Virus record (IMG/VR): IMGVR_UViG_2799112677_000001
Coordinates: 154 to 64,153 of that record
DNA length: 64,000 nt
Source of the DNA: a virus
Taxonomy: Duplodnaviria > Caudoviricetes
Reading direction: 5' to 3' (one strand)
The notes below the pieces were generated by a model. The model was not told the DNA's origin and made no database searches. It saw only the letters and a program-made list of their open reading frames with translations. Position 1 is the stretch's first letter. Every line of letters starts with the position of its first letter. Positions 17,253 to 26,954 of this stretch are shown here, in pieces. The position numbers and the translations under genes are program-made.

Positions 17253-18681
17253 CTTCCTGTTGGTTATTATCGTTAGTAATTTGTGAATTGAATACTCGCT
17301 TAATCTGCGACAACTCCTTGTCGGTCATCTGCCATTTCAGCTTGACGGCAAGAGGCAATTCGTTTTCGTCAATCATCGCCTCGCCGATCTGGGCACGCCA
17401 GTCGTTGAGTGTGATAAGTCCTTTGTCGAACTGATCTGCACAACGCTCGTTGATGAGTTTCTTGACCTCCTCGGCCTCCTTCAGTCCTTCCTGCAGACAA
17501 TCAACGCCGCTGAAATCGCAGTCGAGATAATACTTGCTCCCGCCTTCCTCCATACGCAGGAATACGGTGAAGTCTTTGCAGAAACGCTTGGCCAACGGAA
17601 TGACTACCGACGAATAGACGGCCTTTTCGGCTGTCGCCTGGTTGCTGAACGTGGACTGGTCCTTGCGAGGAACGAGCACGCTCGGAATGCCGTAGGCACC
17701 GGCAATCGTGATAGCGTCGGCAAGGGTCTCGTCGAAAGGCTGCAGCTCGCTGATTGAGAGGTTAGTCCGCACAAACGTCATGGGAATGTTTGACACCCCG
17801 AAAGGGAACTGGCCCTCGCCAAACCCGTAGTCCTCGGTGAGTTCCTTGACAAACTCCTTCTTCTCCTCGCTGGTCATGGCCACCGTGCCCGCTTTGTCCT
17901 GCTGCTGCTGGACGATGAATCCGACACCGCCGCGCTTGACGTAGATGATGTTACGGGCGGAATACACGGCAATGAGGTTGCCGATGGGCTTGCGCAACGG
18001 AGCGAGTCGGCTCATGGACTTGAGGAAGCCGATGCGGCCGCCGTATGAGGGAAGGCCGTCGCGGTCGTGCCATACCTGCCAGGAGGGTATCAACTCACAG
18101 GCGTTGACACCGAAATTGAGCTTGTAGCCCGCAATGATGTCGTCGATGCCTTCTGGAGTGCACCCGAACAGGGGAATGGAGTAGCCAATACGGGCACGCT
18201 CAATCTCCACCCTGTTACTCGGCAGGTTCCAATACGTGTCGCAATACTTCCACTTCAGCGCGTCGGCCTTGAGGTGGTCACCCATCGCGGCACGCACATA
18301 GGCATTGCCGGTGCAGAGTTTATACACGAAGTGGTTGTAAATAAATTCGTACCAACCCATGAGGCAGTTGGGATTGTTCAGGATCCCGTTAACGGGATGG
18401 CTCAAACGCCACACCACGCTATCGTCATTCGTGCGCTTCACTACGAAATTCGCTCCAGCGATGCGGCTGGCGATGAAGTCTATCGGCCAGAACACCTCGG
18501 GAACAGTCCTGAACAGCGTGAGGAAATTGTCACTGGCATATTCAGGACGCAGGATGCCCTCTATCATCTCGGGTGTGATGACGGAGTATTTGTTCTTGCC
18601 TATGGGGGCGTTGACAACAGGGAGAAACTCTTCGGGCTTCTCTCCAGTCTCCTTCTTCTTGAATTTGTCAAATAATCCCAT
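17200..18681 (-). CDS. Portal protein, HK97 family (493 aa)
   Basis: VFWPIDFIASRIAG, LNNPN, GNAY and IAGAYGIPSVL motifs. Confidence 0.92.
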   Translation of the reverse strand: MGLFDKFKKKETGEKPEEFLPVVNAPIGKNKYSVITPEMIEGILRPEYASDNFLTLFRTVPEVFWPIDFIASRIAGANFVVKRTNDDSVVWRLSHPVNGILNNPNCLMGWYEFIYNHFVYKLCTGNAYVRAAMGDHLKADALKWKYCDTYWNLPSNRVEIERARIGYSIPLFGCTPEGIDDIIAGYKLNFGVNACELIPSWQVWHDRDGLPSYGGRIGFLKSMSRLAPLRKPIGNLIAVYSARNIIYVKRGGVGFIVQQQQDKAGTVAMTSEEKKEFVKELTEDYGFGEGQFPFGVSNIPMTFVRTNLSISELQPFDETLADAITIAGAYGIPSVLVPRKDQSTFSNQATAEKAVYSSVVIPLAKRFCKDFTVFLRMEEGGSKYYLDCDFSGVDCLQEGLKEAEEVKKLINERCADQFDKGLITLNDWRAQIGEAMIDENELPLAVKLKWQMTDKELSQIKRVFNSQITNDNNQQEDGKEQQPEPEEGNVVQE

Positions 18682-18698
18682 GCGTTAAGTGTTTTGTG

Positions 18699-18749
18699 CA
18701 AATGTAGTCGCATACTTTTTCGGTCGGTGCAATTTTTTGAAATCTCAAA
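18699..18749 (-). promoter_or_regulatory. Late-type promoter, copy 2 (portal/head operon)
   Basis: Box at 18738-18749, 31 nt, TACATTTG at 18699-18706. Confidence 0.75.
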
Positions 18750-18820
18750 AACACGAAAAGAGGCAAAACGCCTCTTAACTTGTTTGTCTTTAACGCATTA
18801 TGAATCGTGGTGCAGCAAAC

Positions 18821-20854
18821 CTAAATTTTCACGGCATAGGAAACAAAGCCGCTCAGCAGCACGCTCGCCTCCATGTCGCGCCCCTTATCGGCATTGTAGT
18901 CCAGCAGATGAGTGACGAACTCGGAATAGTCCGCGCTCTCATTGACGGCCGTCTCGTTGAAAAGGACATAGGAACGGACGTAATCGCTCGTCGCGGCAAT
19001 ACGCCTGGCCGGGTCGTGTTCCTCATCGCACACCCTCACGGGCATACCTGCATACACACGCAGCTTTCGCACGAACTGGTAATAGGCATCTCCGCATTCG
19101 ACGATGCACATGTCGCCATTGCGCCCCTGGACGGCGGCGGCAATCTCGTCCGTCGAGGTGTTGTCATGGTACACCACATCGACCACACGCCACTTGTCGC
19201 CGACCTTGCAGCCCTCAAGCAGGCAGAACTTGCCGTTAATGTTTGGCAGCATATAGATGATGCGGCGCGAGATATCGGCCTTGTCAGATGTGGCAGGGTT
19301 ATAGAAGTGCAGTGCGCCATCACGGGCGAAGAGATTGCGCTTGCGGCGGTTGCAGAACAATATGAACTCTTCCCTTAACAGGTCATGCACCACATAGCGG
19401 AAACAGTCGGAAAGGTGGCCGTGCTCCTCGTAGGTCTGGTTCGTGGTCTTATTCTTGACTTTCGTCTTGAGGATAGCGCCGTTAGCGTCCTTCTGCACGC
19501 TCAGGTAGTCCTCAATGGAGTTGCTGCAGTCCTTGCCGATGGTGATGTCTATGCCTGGCACTTCACCCTCTAATATGGCGTTGATGAATTCGCCAGTCAT
19601 TGCCACGCTCGGGTTTTTGTCGCCAACGCAGTCAACAACCTCGACTCCCTCACGTTCCAGGGTGAATAAGAAAAGGTCGAGCCATGACCGCTTTTCGTCG
19701 TCGATGGTGTTTGCAGCTCTCGTGCTGGCATCGCCGTGAAGGTATAGTTTGTCGAAATAGCGCAACTGACGCAAGCGGTCGGCCAGGCGCTTGCCGGCAC
19801 GCTTGACGGTGTTGTCAGGACTCTCGGCGCAGATCTCGTCAAACTGACTGATGTGGTGCCCGTCCTCATTGACATACTGCCACAATGAAATGGAGATGTA
19901 TGGCAATACGTTGTTATCGACGCTTACATGTATTGGGTAGTTCTGGTTGTATTCCACGGCCGAGGTGTGGGCACCCATATTGAACGAGCCGAAAAACTCG
20001 CTGCCAGTGCGTATGACACCCCACTCGCCAAGGGCATAGATGCGGAAGTAGTCAGGGTCTTTGAGTCGGTCTTTCTCAAAGTCTGTGACGCACTGCTCAT
20101 CATAGAAGCCGAAAGTGCCGTCAGGACTTCCAACGACCCAAAAGTTATTGAGGTAGGTGGATTGTATCAGCACGATATCCGGGGCGTGTTCCTCCATCTC
20201 TCCAGTGCGAGGGTTGAGGAATGTCTTTGCCTCGTTCATCCGCAGGGACTTGACTTCTGTAAGTTCATCGGGGATTGTGCAGCCGTCAATGGTCACACGC
20301 ATGGGAACGTCATGCCACTTCTCACCGTCAAGCCATGACTTCTTTATCCAGTGGGTTTCCCGTATGGGGTTGAAAGTTCCAATGATCTGCTGGCCGCGCT
20401 TGCCCCTTAATCGCTTGCGGATTTGCTTGAAGTCGCTCTCCTCGAACTCGCTGAACTCTTCAAGCTGCACGCGCTTGTAGTTCGATATACCTTTGATTTT
20501 CTCGCTGTCATCAAGGCCGGTGAAGTCGATTTTCGCGCCGTTGTAGGTGCAGCGGATGCTGTTCTTTGTGAACTTGAAATAGTCCTCCATGTTGAGCTGC
20601 TTGCACGACACGCGGAAGTCCTCAAAGATTGATTTCTCGATGCTGGCACCGACCTTGCGGAAGATGAGCGTGTTTTCTCCGTCAAACAAAGTCATAATCA
20701 ATATCACCTGGGCGGTGCTGTAGGACTTTGCCGAGGAACTGCCGCCGTAAAGGATGATAAAACGCACCGACGGAAGACGCAGGAACTTGAGCAGCTGCCA
20801 CCCGTTCGGGTTGAACATCCGATAATCGAAGCGATATGTTACCTCATTTGACAT
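18821..20854 (-). CDS. terL: Terminase large subunit, PBSX/Terminase_3 type (677 aa)
   Basis: Walker A-like YGGSSSAKS, GLDDSEKIKGI, QLEEFSE, FNP, YALGEWG and HLSDCFRY motifs. Confidence 0.95.
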   Translation of the reverse strand: MSNEVTYRFDYRMFNPNGWQLLKFLRLPSVRFIILYGGSSSAKSYSTAQVILIMTLFDGENTLIFRKVGASIEKSIFEDFRVSCKQLNMEDYFKFTKNSIRCTYNGAKIDFTGLDDSEKIKGISNYKRVQLEEFSEFEESDFKQIRKRLRGKRGQQIIGTFNPIRETHWIKKSWLDGEKWHDVPMRVTIDGCTIPDELTEVKSLRMNEAKTFLNPRTGEMEEHAPDIVLIQSTYLNNFWVVGSPDGTFGFYDEQCVTDFEKDRLKDPDYFRIYALGEWGVIRTGSEFFGSFNMGAHTSAVEYNQNYPIHVSVDNNVLPYISISLWQYVNEDGHHISQFDEICAESPDNTVKRAGKRLADRLRQLRYFDKLYLHGDASTRAANTIDDEKRSWLDLFLFTLEREGVEVVDCVGDKNPSVAMTGEFINAILEGEVPGIDITIGKDCSNSIEDYLSVQKDANGAILKTKVKNKTTNQTYEEHGHLSDCFRYVVHDLLREEFILFCNRRKRNLFARDGALHFYNPATSDKADISRRIIYMLPNINGKFCLLEGCKVGDKWRVVDVVYHDNTSTDEIAAAVQGRNGDMCIVECGDAYYQFVRKLRVYAGMPVRVCDEEHDPARRIAATSDYVRSYVLFNETAVNESADYSEFVTHLLDYNADKGRDMEASVLLSGFVSYAVKI

Positions 20855-20941
20855 TTTGCTTTATCTTCCTTTTTGACACAAGCGTCACTTTTGGTGGTTT
20901 TCATTGGCAATTTGCCAAAAATACAGTTGTGTTACATTTTG

Positions 20942-21484
20942 CTATTCCTCATCTTTGGGCAGACCAAAGTCCATGATGCGTTTTCCGTCAAGCGACACGC
21001 CGCCGTTGACGTTCACCTCCTTGGGTGCCTCCCAACCGTTCATGGATGCCAACAGGCGCGCCGCCTCGGTCTTTCCGTTGAACTCGTAAGTCACCTCGCC
21101 GCGCTTGTTCTTGATCTTCTTGATGGCCTTCCTCATCCGCTTGGGCATCTGGTTGGGAGCCTTTAACTTTGTCTTGCCGGTCGCCTCATCGACATAGTAC
21201 ATGTCAGAGGGGTCAACGTCGATGATGCCCATCAGCACCTCCTCGACTCGCTTGCGGTCAACCTTGAACTGCTCTGCACGCTCGGCCATCAGCTCCTCGA
21301 CCCTTGCTGAAACCTTGCTATCGTCGAGTAGTCTGCTGGCATTGCTCCAGATCGTCGCAGGTTTTTGGTTGGCGCAGTTGTATGCGAGGCGGTAGGCCTC
21401 GCTGGCGATGCCTATGTCAACGTAGTGCTGGCAGAACAGTTCCTGCTTTGGTGTGAGTCTCTTGTTTTTGTCTTTTTGTGCCAT
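20942..21484 (-). CDS. terS: Terminase small subunit (180 aa)
   Basis: LTPKQELFCQHY...ASEAYRLAY...NASRLL...V..R HTH motif; directly upstream of terL. Confidence 0.9.
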   Translation of the reverse strand: MAQKDKNKRLTPKQELFCQHYVDIGIASEAYRLAYNCANQKPATIWSNASRLLDDSKVSARVEELMAERAEQFKVDRKRVEEVLMGIIDVDPSDMYYVDEATGKTKLKAPNQMPKRMRKAIKKIKNKRGEVTYEFNGKTEAARLLASMNGWEAPKEVNVNGGVSLDGKRIMDFGLPKDEE

Positions 21485-21673
21485 AGTGATGGTGCGTATA
21501 ATTTAGGTTATTTGATGCGCATAAAAAAGCGTGAAATGTGCGTTAAATGCGTTTTTGTGTTCCAAAAATGGCGTTTTGCGTTCCAAAAGGGCGGTAAATT
21601 GTTCGATTTTGTGACTTATCTTGATTTTCCCCGATTTTTATTTTTGTTTTTGATGATTTTTCCCGCTTTTTTC

Positions 21674-21704
21674 TTTGGAGTGTTGGGATTTTGACCGAAA
21701 TTTG
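21674..21704 (+). promoter_or_regulatory. Variant promoter TTTG-N19-GAAATTTG for the SLOG gene
   Basis: Same architecture as 4773-4803; followed by AAGTCAAACCA at 21718-21728. Confidence 0.55.
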
Positions 21705-21743
21705 CAAAGTAATAAGTAAGTCAAACCACCAAAAAACTGAATA

Positions 21744-22088
21744 ATGGAACTTAAACTCGCTATCGTTGGCAGCAGGACAATCCAACAAGTCAACATCGCA
21801 CGCATTATCAAGGACAACTTCGCAGACCCTGACGTGATCATCACGGGAGGGGCCAAAGGCGTCGATTCCATCGCCGAGGATTTCGCCCGCTCGCACGGCA
21901 TTGAGCTGGTGATCTTCAGGCCGGACTATAAGGCACACCTCAGAGGCGCACCCATACGACGCAATGAACGCATAGTAAATGAGTGCAGTTACCTGCTCGC
22001 CATCTGGGACGGCAAGAGCAAGGGCACCAGATACACCATTAATTATGCGATTAAGATGGGTAAGCCTGTCCATGTCGTAAGGGTTTAA
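21744..22088 (+). CDS. SLOG superfamily protein (YspA/DprA-like, 114 aa)
   Basis: LAIVGSR, ITGGAKGVD, RRNERIV and AIWDGKSKGTRYTI motifs. Confidence 0.9.
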   Translation: MELKLAIVGSRTIQQVNIARIIKDNFADPDVIITGGAKGVDSIAEDFARSHGIELVIFRPDYKAHLRGAPIRRNERIVNECSYLLAIWDGKSKGTRYTINYAIKMGKPVHVVRV

Positions 22089-23029
22089 TGGTTGTTGATG
22101 CCCATGATGTTGACGACGTTGTAGTCCTGCATCAGCGCGTTGCAGTGCAGCATCGTCGATCCCGTAGTGATGATGTCGTCAAAAAAGATGATTGACCGCT
22201 CAGCTGGCGGCGTCCACTCAAACTCGGGATGCACCCTGTTTTTATTCTTCGATACTATCAGATCCGCATGGTAAGGTATGCCAAGCATTCCGGCGAGCGC
22301 CTCACAGCAGCCGTCGGCGAAGTTATGCTCCTTATGGCGGCGCTTGGGAGCGGAAACGATGCACCATCCGTCGAGGTGACGGATGCCCAGCTGCCTGACG
22401 CAGGCCACGGCGTTCTCAGCGAAAACGGCCATGTTGTCGTCATTCTCCTTGATGTCGTAGATTGAATAGCCGTCCTTTGTCACGTTGAACAGCGAGAGGT
22501 AGCCGCGTTCCATCGCCTTGTGGAAACCGAAATGCGGCACGAGGTCTGACTTCGCGCCGCTGGACTTCTTGCCGCGCTGCCACGCCTTCTTTTTCTTCTC
22601 CTGCTGCTCCTGGTAGTCGCTGTCGGTGTCGAAGTCGATGCCGCAGTCAACGATGAGGCCGTCATCCCAGTTGAACGCCAGCTCCTCGGTGTCCCATTCG
22701 CCGAAATTGGAATTGTCCTTCAACAGGATCTGGCGCACCTGGTCCATCGGGGTGTCTGCCGGGATGACCTTGCACGGGGCGTCGGCCATGCCGAGGTGAC
22801 GCATGGCCTTGAGCCTCATGTTGCCGCCGATGACGACATACTTTGAGCCGCTCGGGTAAACGAGCAGCTCACGCAGATAGAGCATGTCGGGCTGTGTCCT
22901 TATGCTCTCGCAAAGCAGGTCGAACCTCTCGTCCTTGATGGTACGGGGATTCCGGGGCAGCCCCTTCAGCTGCCCTCGGTTCCCCACTATCTTGGCAAGA
23001 GGGATTATTTCAGTGTTGACGATTTCCAT
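22085..23029 (-). CDS. ParB/Srx-like domain fused to a ComF-like phosphoribosyltransferase domain (314 aa)
   Basis: N-terminal NPR...VIGGNMRLKA ParB motif; C-terminal IIFFDDIITTGST PRPP-binding loop. Confidence 0.8.
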   Translation of the reverse strand: MEIVNTEIIPLAKIVGNRGQLKGLPRNPRTIKDERFDLLCESIRTQPDMLYLRELLVYPSGSKYVVIGGNMRLKAMRHLGMADAPCKVIPADTPMDQVRQILLKDNSNFGEWDTEELAFNWDDGLIVDCGIDFDTDSDYQEQQEKKKKAWQRGKKSSGAKSDLVPHFGFHKAMERGYLSLFNVTKDGYSIYDIKENDDNMAVFAENAVACVRQLGIRHLDGWCIVSAPKRRHKEHNFADGCCEALAGMLGIPYHADLIVSKNKNRVHPEFEWTPPAERSIIFFDDIITTGSTMLHCNALMQDYNVVNIMGINNH

Positions 23030-23866
23030 CTATACACAAATATTGACGTCTTCGATTTTCATACCGTCCCTCTCGCCTAAAATGGCGTCCAATCCTGCCT
23101 GCACGGTTTTGTAGTGCAAAGATAGTGAAATAATCCCATCCTCCACGCTCTGTCTGAAATTGTCACGCGGGCGCACCTCGCCGTTGAAGCGCAGTTTGCA
23201 CCCGTTGCGGGCGCTCACCTCACGTGCGAAGTCGGCCACCGTCATCTCCTCGGGGTTCGCCACGTTGAGGATGCGGACCCGCCACGTCTGGTAACTTAAT
23301 TCATTGTGCGGCATTATCATAACCTGATAGAGACCAGTCACCGCGTCCTCGATGTGGGTGAAATGGCGTTTGTTGTCGCCCATGTTGTAGATATCCACAA
23401 CGTCGTCGTTCATGAGATGCCAAAGTAGAGTCCCCTCACGCGGATCGGGACCATAGACGTTGTGGAGACGCACGCCCCATGCGTCATCGTGGTAGAGGCG
23501 GGCGTACTGCTCATCAAACCGTTTGGAAAGTCCGTACATCGACGTGGCGTTTCCCGGAGCGGCGGTGGATGACGAGGCATACACCAGGCGAATGCCGCGG
23601 TTGGCGCACTCGGCACACACGCGGATGAAGGTGTCGATGTTGTCTTTGCGGATCTGCTCGGTGTCAGTGTTGAACACTGACGTCTGGGCGGCAAGGTGGA
23701 ACACACCTGCAATACTGTCGGCCGTGTCAAGCACGCTGCCGATGTCCTCAACCTCGGTGCCGTCCTTTCGGTCTATGCCGATGACCTCATGGCCTTTTGC
23801 CGTGAGGAAAGCAACGAGGGCCGTTCCGATAAAGCCCCCGCTGCCGGTAACAATGTATTTACTCAT
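23030..23866 (-). CDS. NAD-dependent nucleotide-sugar epimerase/dehydratase (278 aa)
   Basis: VTGSGGFIG, HLAA, YASS, YGLSK (YxxxK) and NVYGP extended-SDR motifs. Confidence 0.93.
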   Translation of the reverse strand: MSKYIVTGSGGFIGTALVAFLTAKGHEVIGIDRKDGTEVEDIGSVLDTADSIAGVFHLAAQTSVFNTDTEQIRKDNIDTFIRVCAECANRGIRLVYASSSTAAPGNATSMYGLSKRFDEQYARLYHDDAWGVRLHNVYGPDPREGTLLWHLMNDDVVDIYNMGDNKRHFTHIEDAVTGLYQVMIMPHNELSYQTWRVRILNVANPEEMTVADFAREVSARNGCKLRFNGEVRPRDNFRQSVEDGIISLSLHYKTVQAGLDAILGERDGMKIEDVNICV

Positions 23867-23870
23867 ATCT

Positions 23871-24077
23871 TCAGAAGTTTTTGAAAACACCTGCGAGCCA
23901 CAGCAACGCCATGAATAAAGACCAGGTGCCAAGGGACGTGGCGACGAACGTCATGCAGGCCTTGCGGCCCACAAGTTCGCCCTTGGTTCTTTTCTTGAAC
24001 TCTCGCAGGCTTTGGATTAAACTGATTGTCGGTACCAATATCAGGATGACCGAAGCGATGACAGACATTACCCTCAT
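23871..24077 (-). CDS. Small two-TM membrane protein (68 aa)
   Basis: Two hydrophobic stretches; coupled to the upstream gene. Confidence 0.55.
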   Translation of the reverse strand: MRVMSVIASVILILVPTISLIQSLREFKKRTKGELVGRKACMTFVATSLGTWSLFMALLWLAGVFKNF

Positions 24078-24382
24078 CGCCCTTCCTCCCTCAATTTCCT
24101 TATCAGTGCATCGACATAGCGGAGGATTGTGTTTGCCAGTTCCTCCTCGTTGGGCAGTCCGCTGTCGCCGGTGAAGTATTTCTCAAGCATCTCGGCGGCT
24201 GTCTCGATACGCAGCAGCTGCCAATACTCCTCGTCATGCTCGATGGTGGAGCCGTAGGGGTTCATCTGGGTGGCGATGACCTCTGCCTTTACCTCTTCGA
24301 GTGTCTTGTTCTGTCGCTTGGTTTGCAGTAGCTGGAGGACTGCGACGACGGCCACCAGTACCATGAATGTTGTTAAAATCAT
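24074..24382 (-). CDS. Hypothetical protein with N-terminal TM (102 aa)
   Basis: ORF in the operon. Confidence 0.6.
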   Translation of the reverse strand: MILTTFMVLVAVVAVLQLLQTKRQNKTLEEVKAEVIATQMNPYGSTIEHDEEYWQLLRIETAAEMLEKYFTGDSGLPNEEELANTILRYVDALIRKLREEGR

Positions 24383-24391
24383 AATGTTACT

Positions 24392-24586
24392 TTATTTTAG
24401 ACGTAATTTAAGTTTGAAATTAAGTTTCTCGCATCTGCGCTTATAGAAGTCGCGCTCAATGGTTACAATGTTTATGACATCTATAATGTCATTTCCAGAC
24501 AATTCATGTTTTTCAATGAATCGTTTCTTGTCTTCACAAGGTATTTTTTTTGTCAATACCCTTACTATTTCGTCAAATGTTACCAT
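24392..24586 (-). CDS. Hypothetical protein, AT-rich (64 aa)
   Basis: ORF in the operon; visibly lower GC than its neighbours. Confidence 0.5.
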   Translation of the reverse strand: MVTFDEIVRVLTKKIPCEDKKRFIEKHELSGNDIIDVINIVTIERDFYKRRCEKLNFKLKLRLK

Positions 24587-24589
24587 AAC

Positions 24590-25159
24590 TCAGTATCTCT
24601 TGCCGTGCATGTATTCGCGTGTACGGTTGTATTCCATCTTGAGTTTGATGTGCTCCATCAGGTCGAAGCCCATCCAGTGGGCCCTCAAAAAAAGATGGTA
24701 AAGCACTGTTTGCGGCGTGCTGTAACAGATATCCTCGACAATGGAGTACATGGCCTCAGTGAATGACATTTGCCTGTATTCGGCAAATACACTACTGTTT
24801 CCTCTTTCTTGGAAATAGGCCTCGTTTAACCGTTCCGAGATATTGACTAACGGCAGATCCTCCTTGCCGCAGTAGCTAAGGATTCGGATGGCTGCGTCGG
24901 CAATCTCGTCCTCCACTGTGTCCTTGACGTAACCTTCAAAGGCCTGTTCACAAGTGAAACCGTTAAGACTTTCATTAAAGGATTTGAGATTGGCGTGCCG
25001 GTCTTTCCTGTCGGCCTCTACCGCTTCCATGAGTTCACTGATGACTAAACACATGGCGTGCTGCTCCGAGTGTTGCTTGCGTTCAAACCCGTGCTCGCAG
25101 GCAATCTTGTGGCACTCATCACGCAGGCTGTTCAACTCTTCTAAGCTGGGTCGGTTCAT
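24590..25159 (-). CDS. MazG-like NTP pyrophosphohydrolase (189 aa)
   Basis: LVISELMEAVEA...EDEIADAAIRIL ExxE...ExxD pattern; HIKLKMEYNRTR C-terminus. Confidence 0.8.
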   Translation of the reverse strand: MNRPSLEELNSLRDECHKIACEHGFERKQHSEQHAMCLVISELMEAVEADRKDRHANLKSFNESLNGFTCEQAFEGYVKDTVEDEIADAAIRILSYCGKEDLPLVNISERLNEAYFQERGNSSVFAEYRQMSFTEAMYSIVEDICYSTPQTVLYHLFLRAHWMGFDLMEHIKLKMEYNRTREYMHGKRY

Positions 25160-25445
25160 CGTTCCTCGGTTTAATTCGGTCAATGATCATCGTGAAATTC
25201 TCCATCGTCGTGCCGTTGTCGGTGATTGCGTTGATGAGTGTGTCGGCGTTCTCTTTGCCGTAGTTTTCCTCGATGAGGAAACGCAGCTTGTCGCCAGTCA
25301 AGCAACTTTTCAGTCTCGCACGCTCTATTACGTCTTCGCCACGTACGACGAGGTAGTCAATGATTACAAGCAGCCCGACTAACATTGCAATCAGGCATAG
25401 GGATGATATGGCCCATCCCACAAGGCCGTTAAATTCTAAAGTCAT
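25119..25445 (-). CDS. Hypothetical membrane-anchored protein (108 aa)
   Basis: N-terminal hydrophobic helix. Confidence 0.55.
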   Translation of the reverse strand: MTLEFNGLVGWAISSLCLIAMLVGLLVIIDYLVVRGEDVIERARLKSCLTGDKLRFLIEENYGKENADTLINAITDNGTTMENFTMIIDRIKPRNDEPTQLRRVEQPA

Positions 25446-25462
25446 AGTGCTAATTGTTTGGT

Positions 25463-25738
25463 TTATTCGTTATCTTCTTCGTCAAAAAAGTCTATGGTCA
25501 GTTGGCGGTGCTTGGAGTTATATCCGCAACCGCCACGACGGTTGAGATTGGGCTGCAGCCCGTCAGGATCGACAGGGGTACGGCCGTGTAGTCCGCAAAA
25601 GTCCTCTCCTGGCGGACGGCTCACAATCTCGCTGGTGATAAAGTCCCAGTTCAGCCAACTGCAAGAGCGGCAACGCGCTTTGACTTTCGGCGGTTCCCGC
25701 TCTTTCCATGCGTCCTGGCTATACAAAGAGTCATTCAT
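25463..25738 (-). CDS. Small Cys-containing protein (91 aa, MNDSLYSQ...)
   Basis: CxxC...C...C pattern; ATG overlaps the end of the upstream gene. Confidence 0.55.
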   Translation of the reverse strand: MNDSLYSQDAWKEREPPKVKARCRSCSWLNWDFITSEIVSRPPGEDFCGLHGRTPVDPDGLQPNLNRRGGCGYNSKHRQLTIDFFDEEDNE

Positions 25739-25928
25739 GGCCTGGCAAAAGTTTAATGCAGGCAGGATAGGCGGTGTCGAAACCGTCAAACTGCTCAGGC
25801 TCATAACCCACATCAAAGTCAAGCAAGACCCTATACTCCTCGTCAAAGATGAAGATATCGGGGTCATTCTCCATCTCGTTCTCGTCACGCAGTGAGCAGG
25901 CGAGCTTTACCAGTTTCGACAGCTTCAC
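25731..25928 (-). CDS. Hypothetical acidic protein (65 aa)
   Basis: ORF in the operon. Confidence 0.55.
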   Translation of the reverse strand: MKLSKLVKLACSLRDENEMENDPDIFIFDEEYRVLLDFDVGYEPEQFDGFDTAYPACIKLLPGHE

Positions 25929-26160
25929 GGGCTAAATCACAAATTTGATTGTTAGATGAATACTTTCCGTTGGGATGCTCCATGTAGAGCAGATAGTAGT
26001 CCTGATAGCCGTCATCAGTCGGCGACTTCCAGTAGTGCAGTTCGACAGTACATTCTTTGACGTGTCCTATCGTCTCGATGAAGCGGGGTCTCTCACCCCA
26101 CCGCTTTTCGCAGTATTTGACGAGGTCGGCATGGCCCCTGATGATTGCATAGGTTAACAT
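25885..26160 (-). CDS. Hypothetical protein (91 aa)
   Basis: ORF in the operon. Confidence 0.55.
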   Translation of the reverse strand: MLTYAIIRGHADLVKYCEKRWGERPRFIETIGHVKECTVELHYWKSPTDDGYQDYYLLYMEHPNGKYSSNNQICDLAREAVETGKARLLTA

Positions 26161-26333
26161 CTTGCATCTGGTTTGATTTCCTCAATTCTGTACCACAGCA
26201 CGTCGGGCTCTTGGCATCCGAAATGCTCTCTCACATCCTCAATTTCGTAGGGACCGTGCATCTCAGTGTTGAGGACGGCTCCGCTAACTTCCTTGATGCT
26301 CACTTTCCAGTGGCGGATTGGTTTATTGCTCAT
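26154..26333 (-). CDS. Hypothetical protein (59 aa, MSNKPIRHWKVSIKEVSG...)
   Basis: Hand-found ORF below the track cutoff, overlapping both neighbours' ends. Confidence 0.55.
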   Translation of the reverse strand: MSNKPIRHWKVSIKEVSGAVLNTEMHGPYEIEDVREHFGCQEPDVLWYRIEEIKPDARC

Positions 26334-26542
26334 AACTCGTCAAATTGTTTTTGAAGTTTGACAATCTTTTCTTCATTGCGTTTCAGTTGCTCTTCTATCG
26401 CCTGTTTGGCGATGTCATCATCAAAGCCATCCAGAATAGGGCAATGACAGTTTAGCCTTTCTTTAAGAAACCTTATACTATATCCAATTAGCCGTATCGA
26501 GGTCTCTATAGCGTCGGCTTTTTCATGCTGTTCCCGTGTCAT
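26330..26542 (-). CDS. Hypothetical coiled-coil protein (70 aa)
   Basis: ORF in the operon. Confidence 0.55.
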   Translation of the reverse strand: MTREQHEKADAIETSIRLIGYSIRFLKERLNCHCPILDGFDDDIAKQAIEEQLKRNEEKIVKLQKQFDEL

Positions 26543-26954
26543 TTTCCACCTCCTTTCACGACGGCAGTCTCATCGTAGCCGTTGACACCCTTGAGTGCGC
26601 CCTGCAGTCTGGCGAGCGTATCGGGTTTGAATGGTTTTTTCTTCTTCATTGCTTGTCTTTGTTATAGATTGGTTTTGAATTGCAATACCACGGCTTGGGA
26701 TGTTCTTTCTGCCAGTCAAGCCGCTCTTGAATGAGTTGTTTTTCTCTCTCCGATAGTGTGGGACCCACAACATTGCAGCCCCTTATCGTATAGTCTGGCT
26801 TTGGCTTTCCCTTCCGTTTCATCTCAACAGTATTGAGGAAATGCCATGGAATACGGCCGCGAGTACCGCGATGCCGATAACGGCAGCGACAAACAGCACC
26901 AGGCAAACGAACGCAGCTTTAGCCTCGGTCGCCTGGTCAGGTTCGCTCACACCG

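Noticed and set aside
21493-21543. Possible fifth late promoter upstream of terS (TGAAATG at 21532)
   Set aside because: Only 6 of the 12 box bases match and no TAnnTTTG lies at the 31-nt spacing
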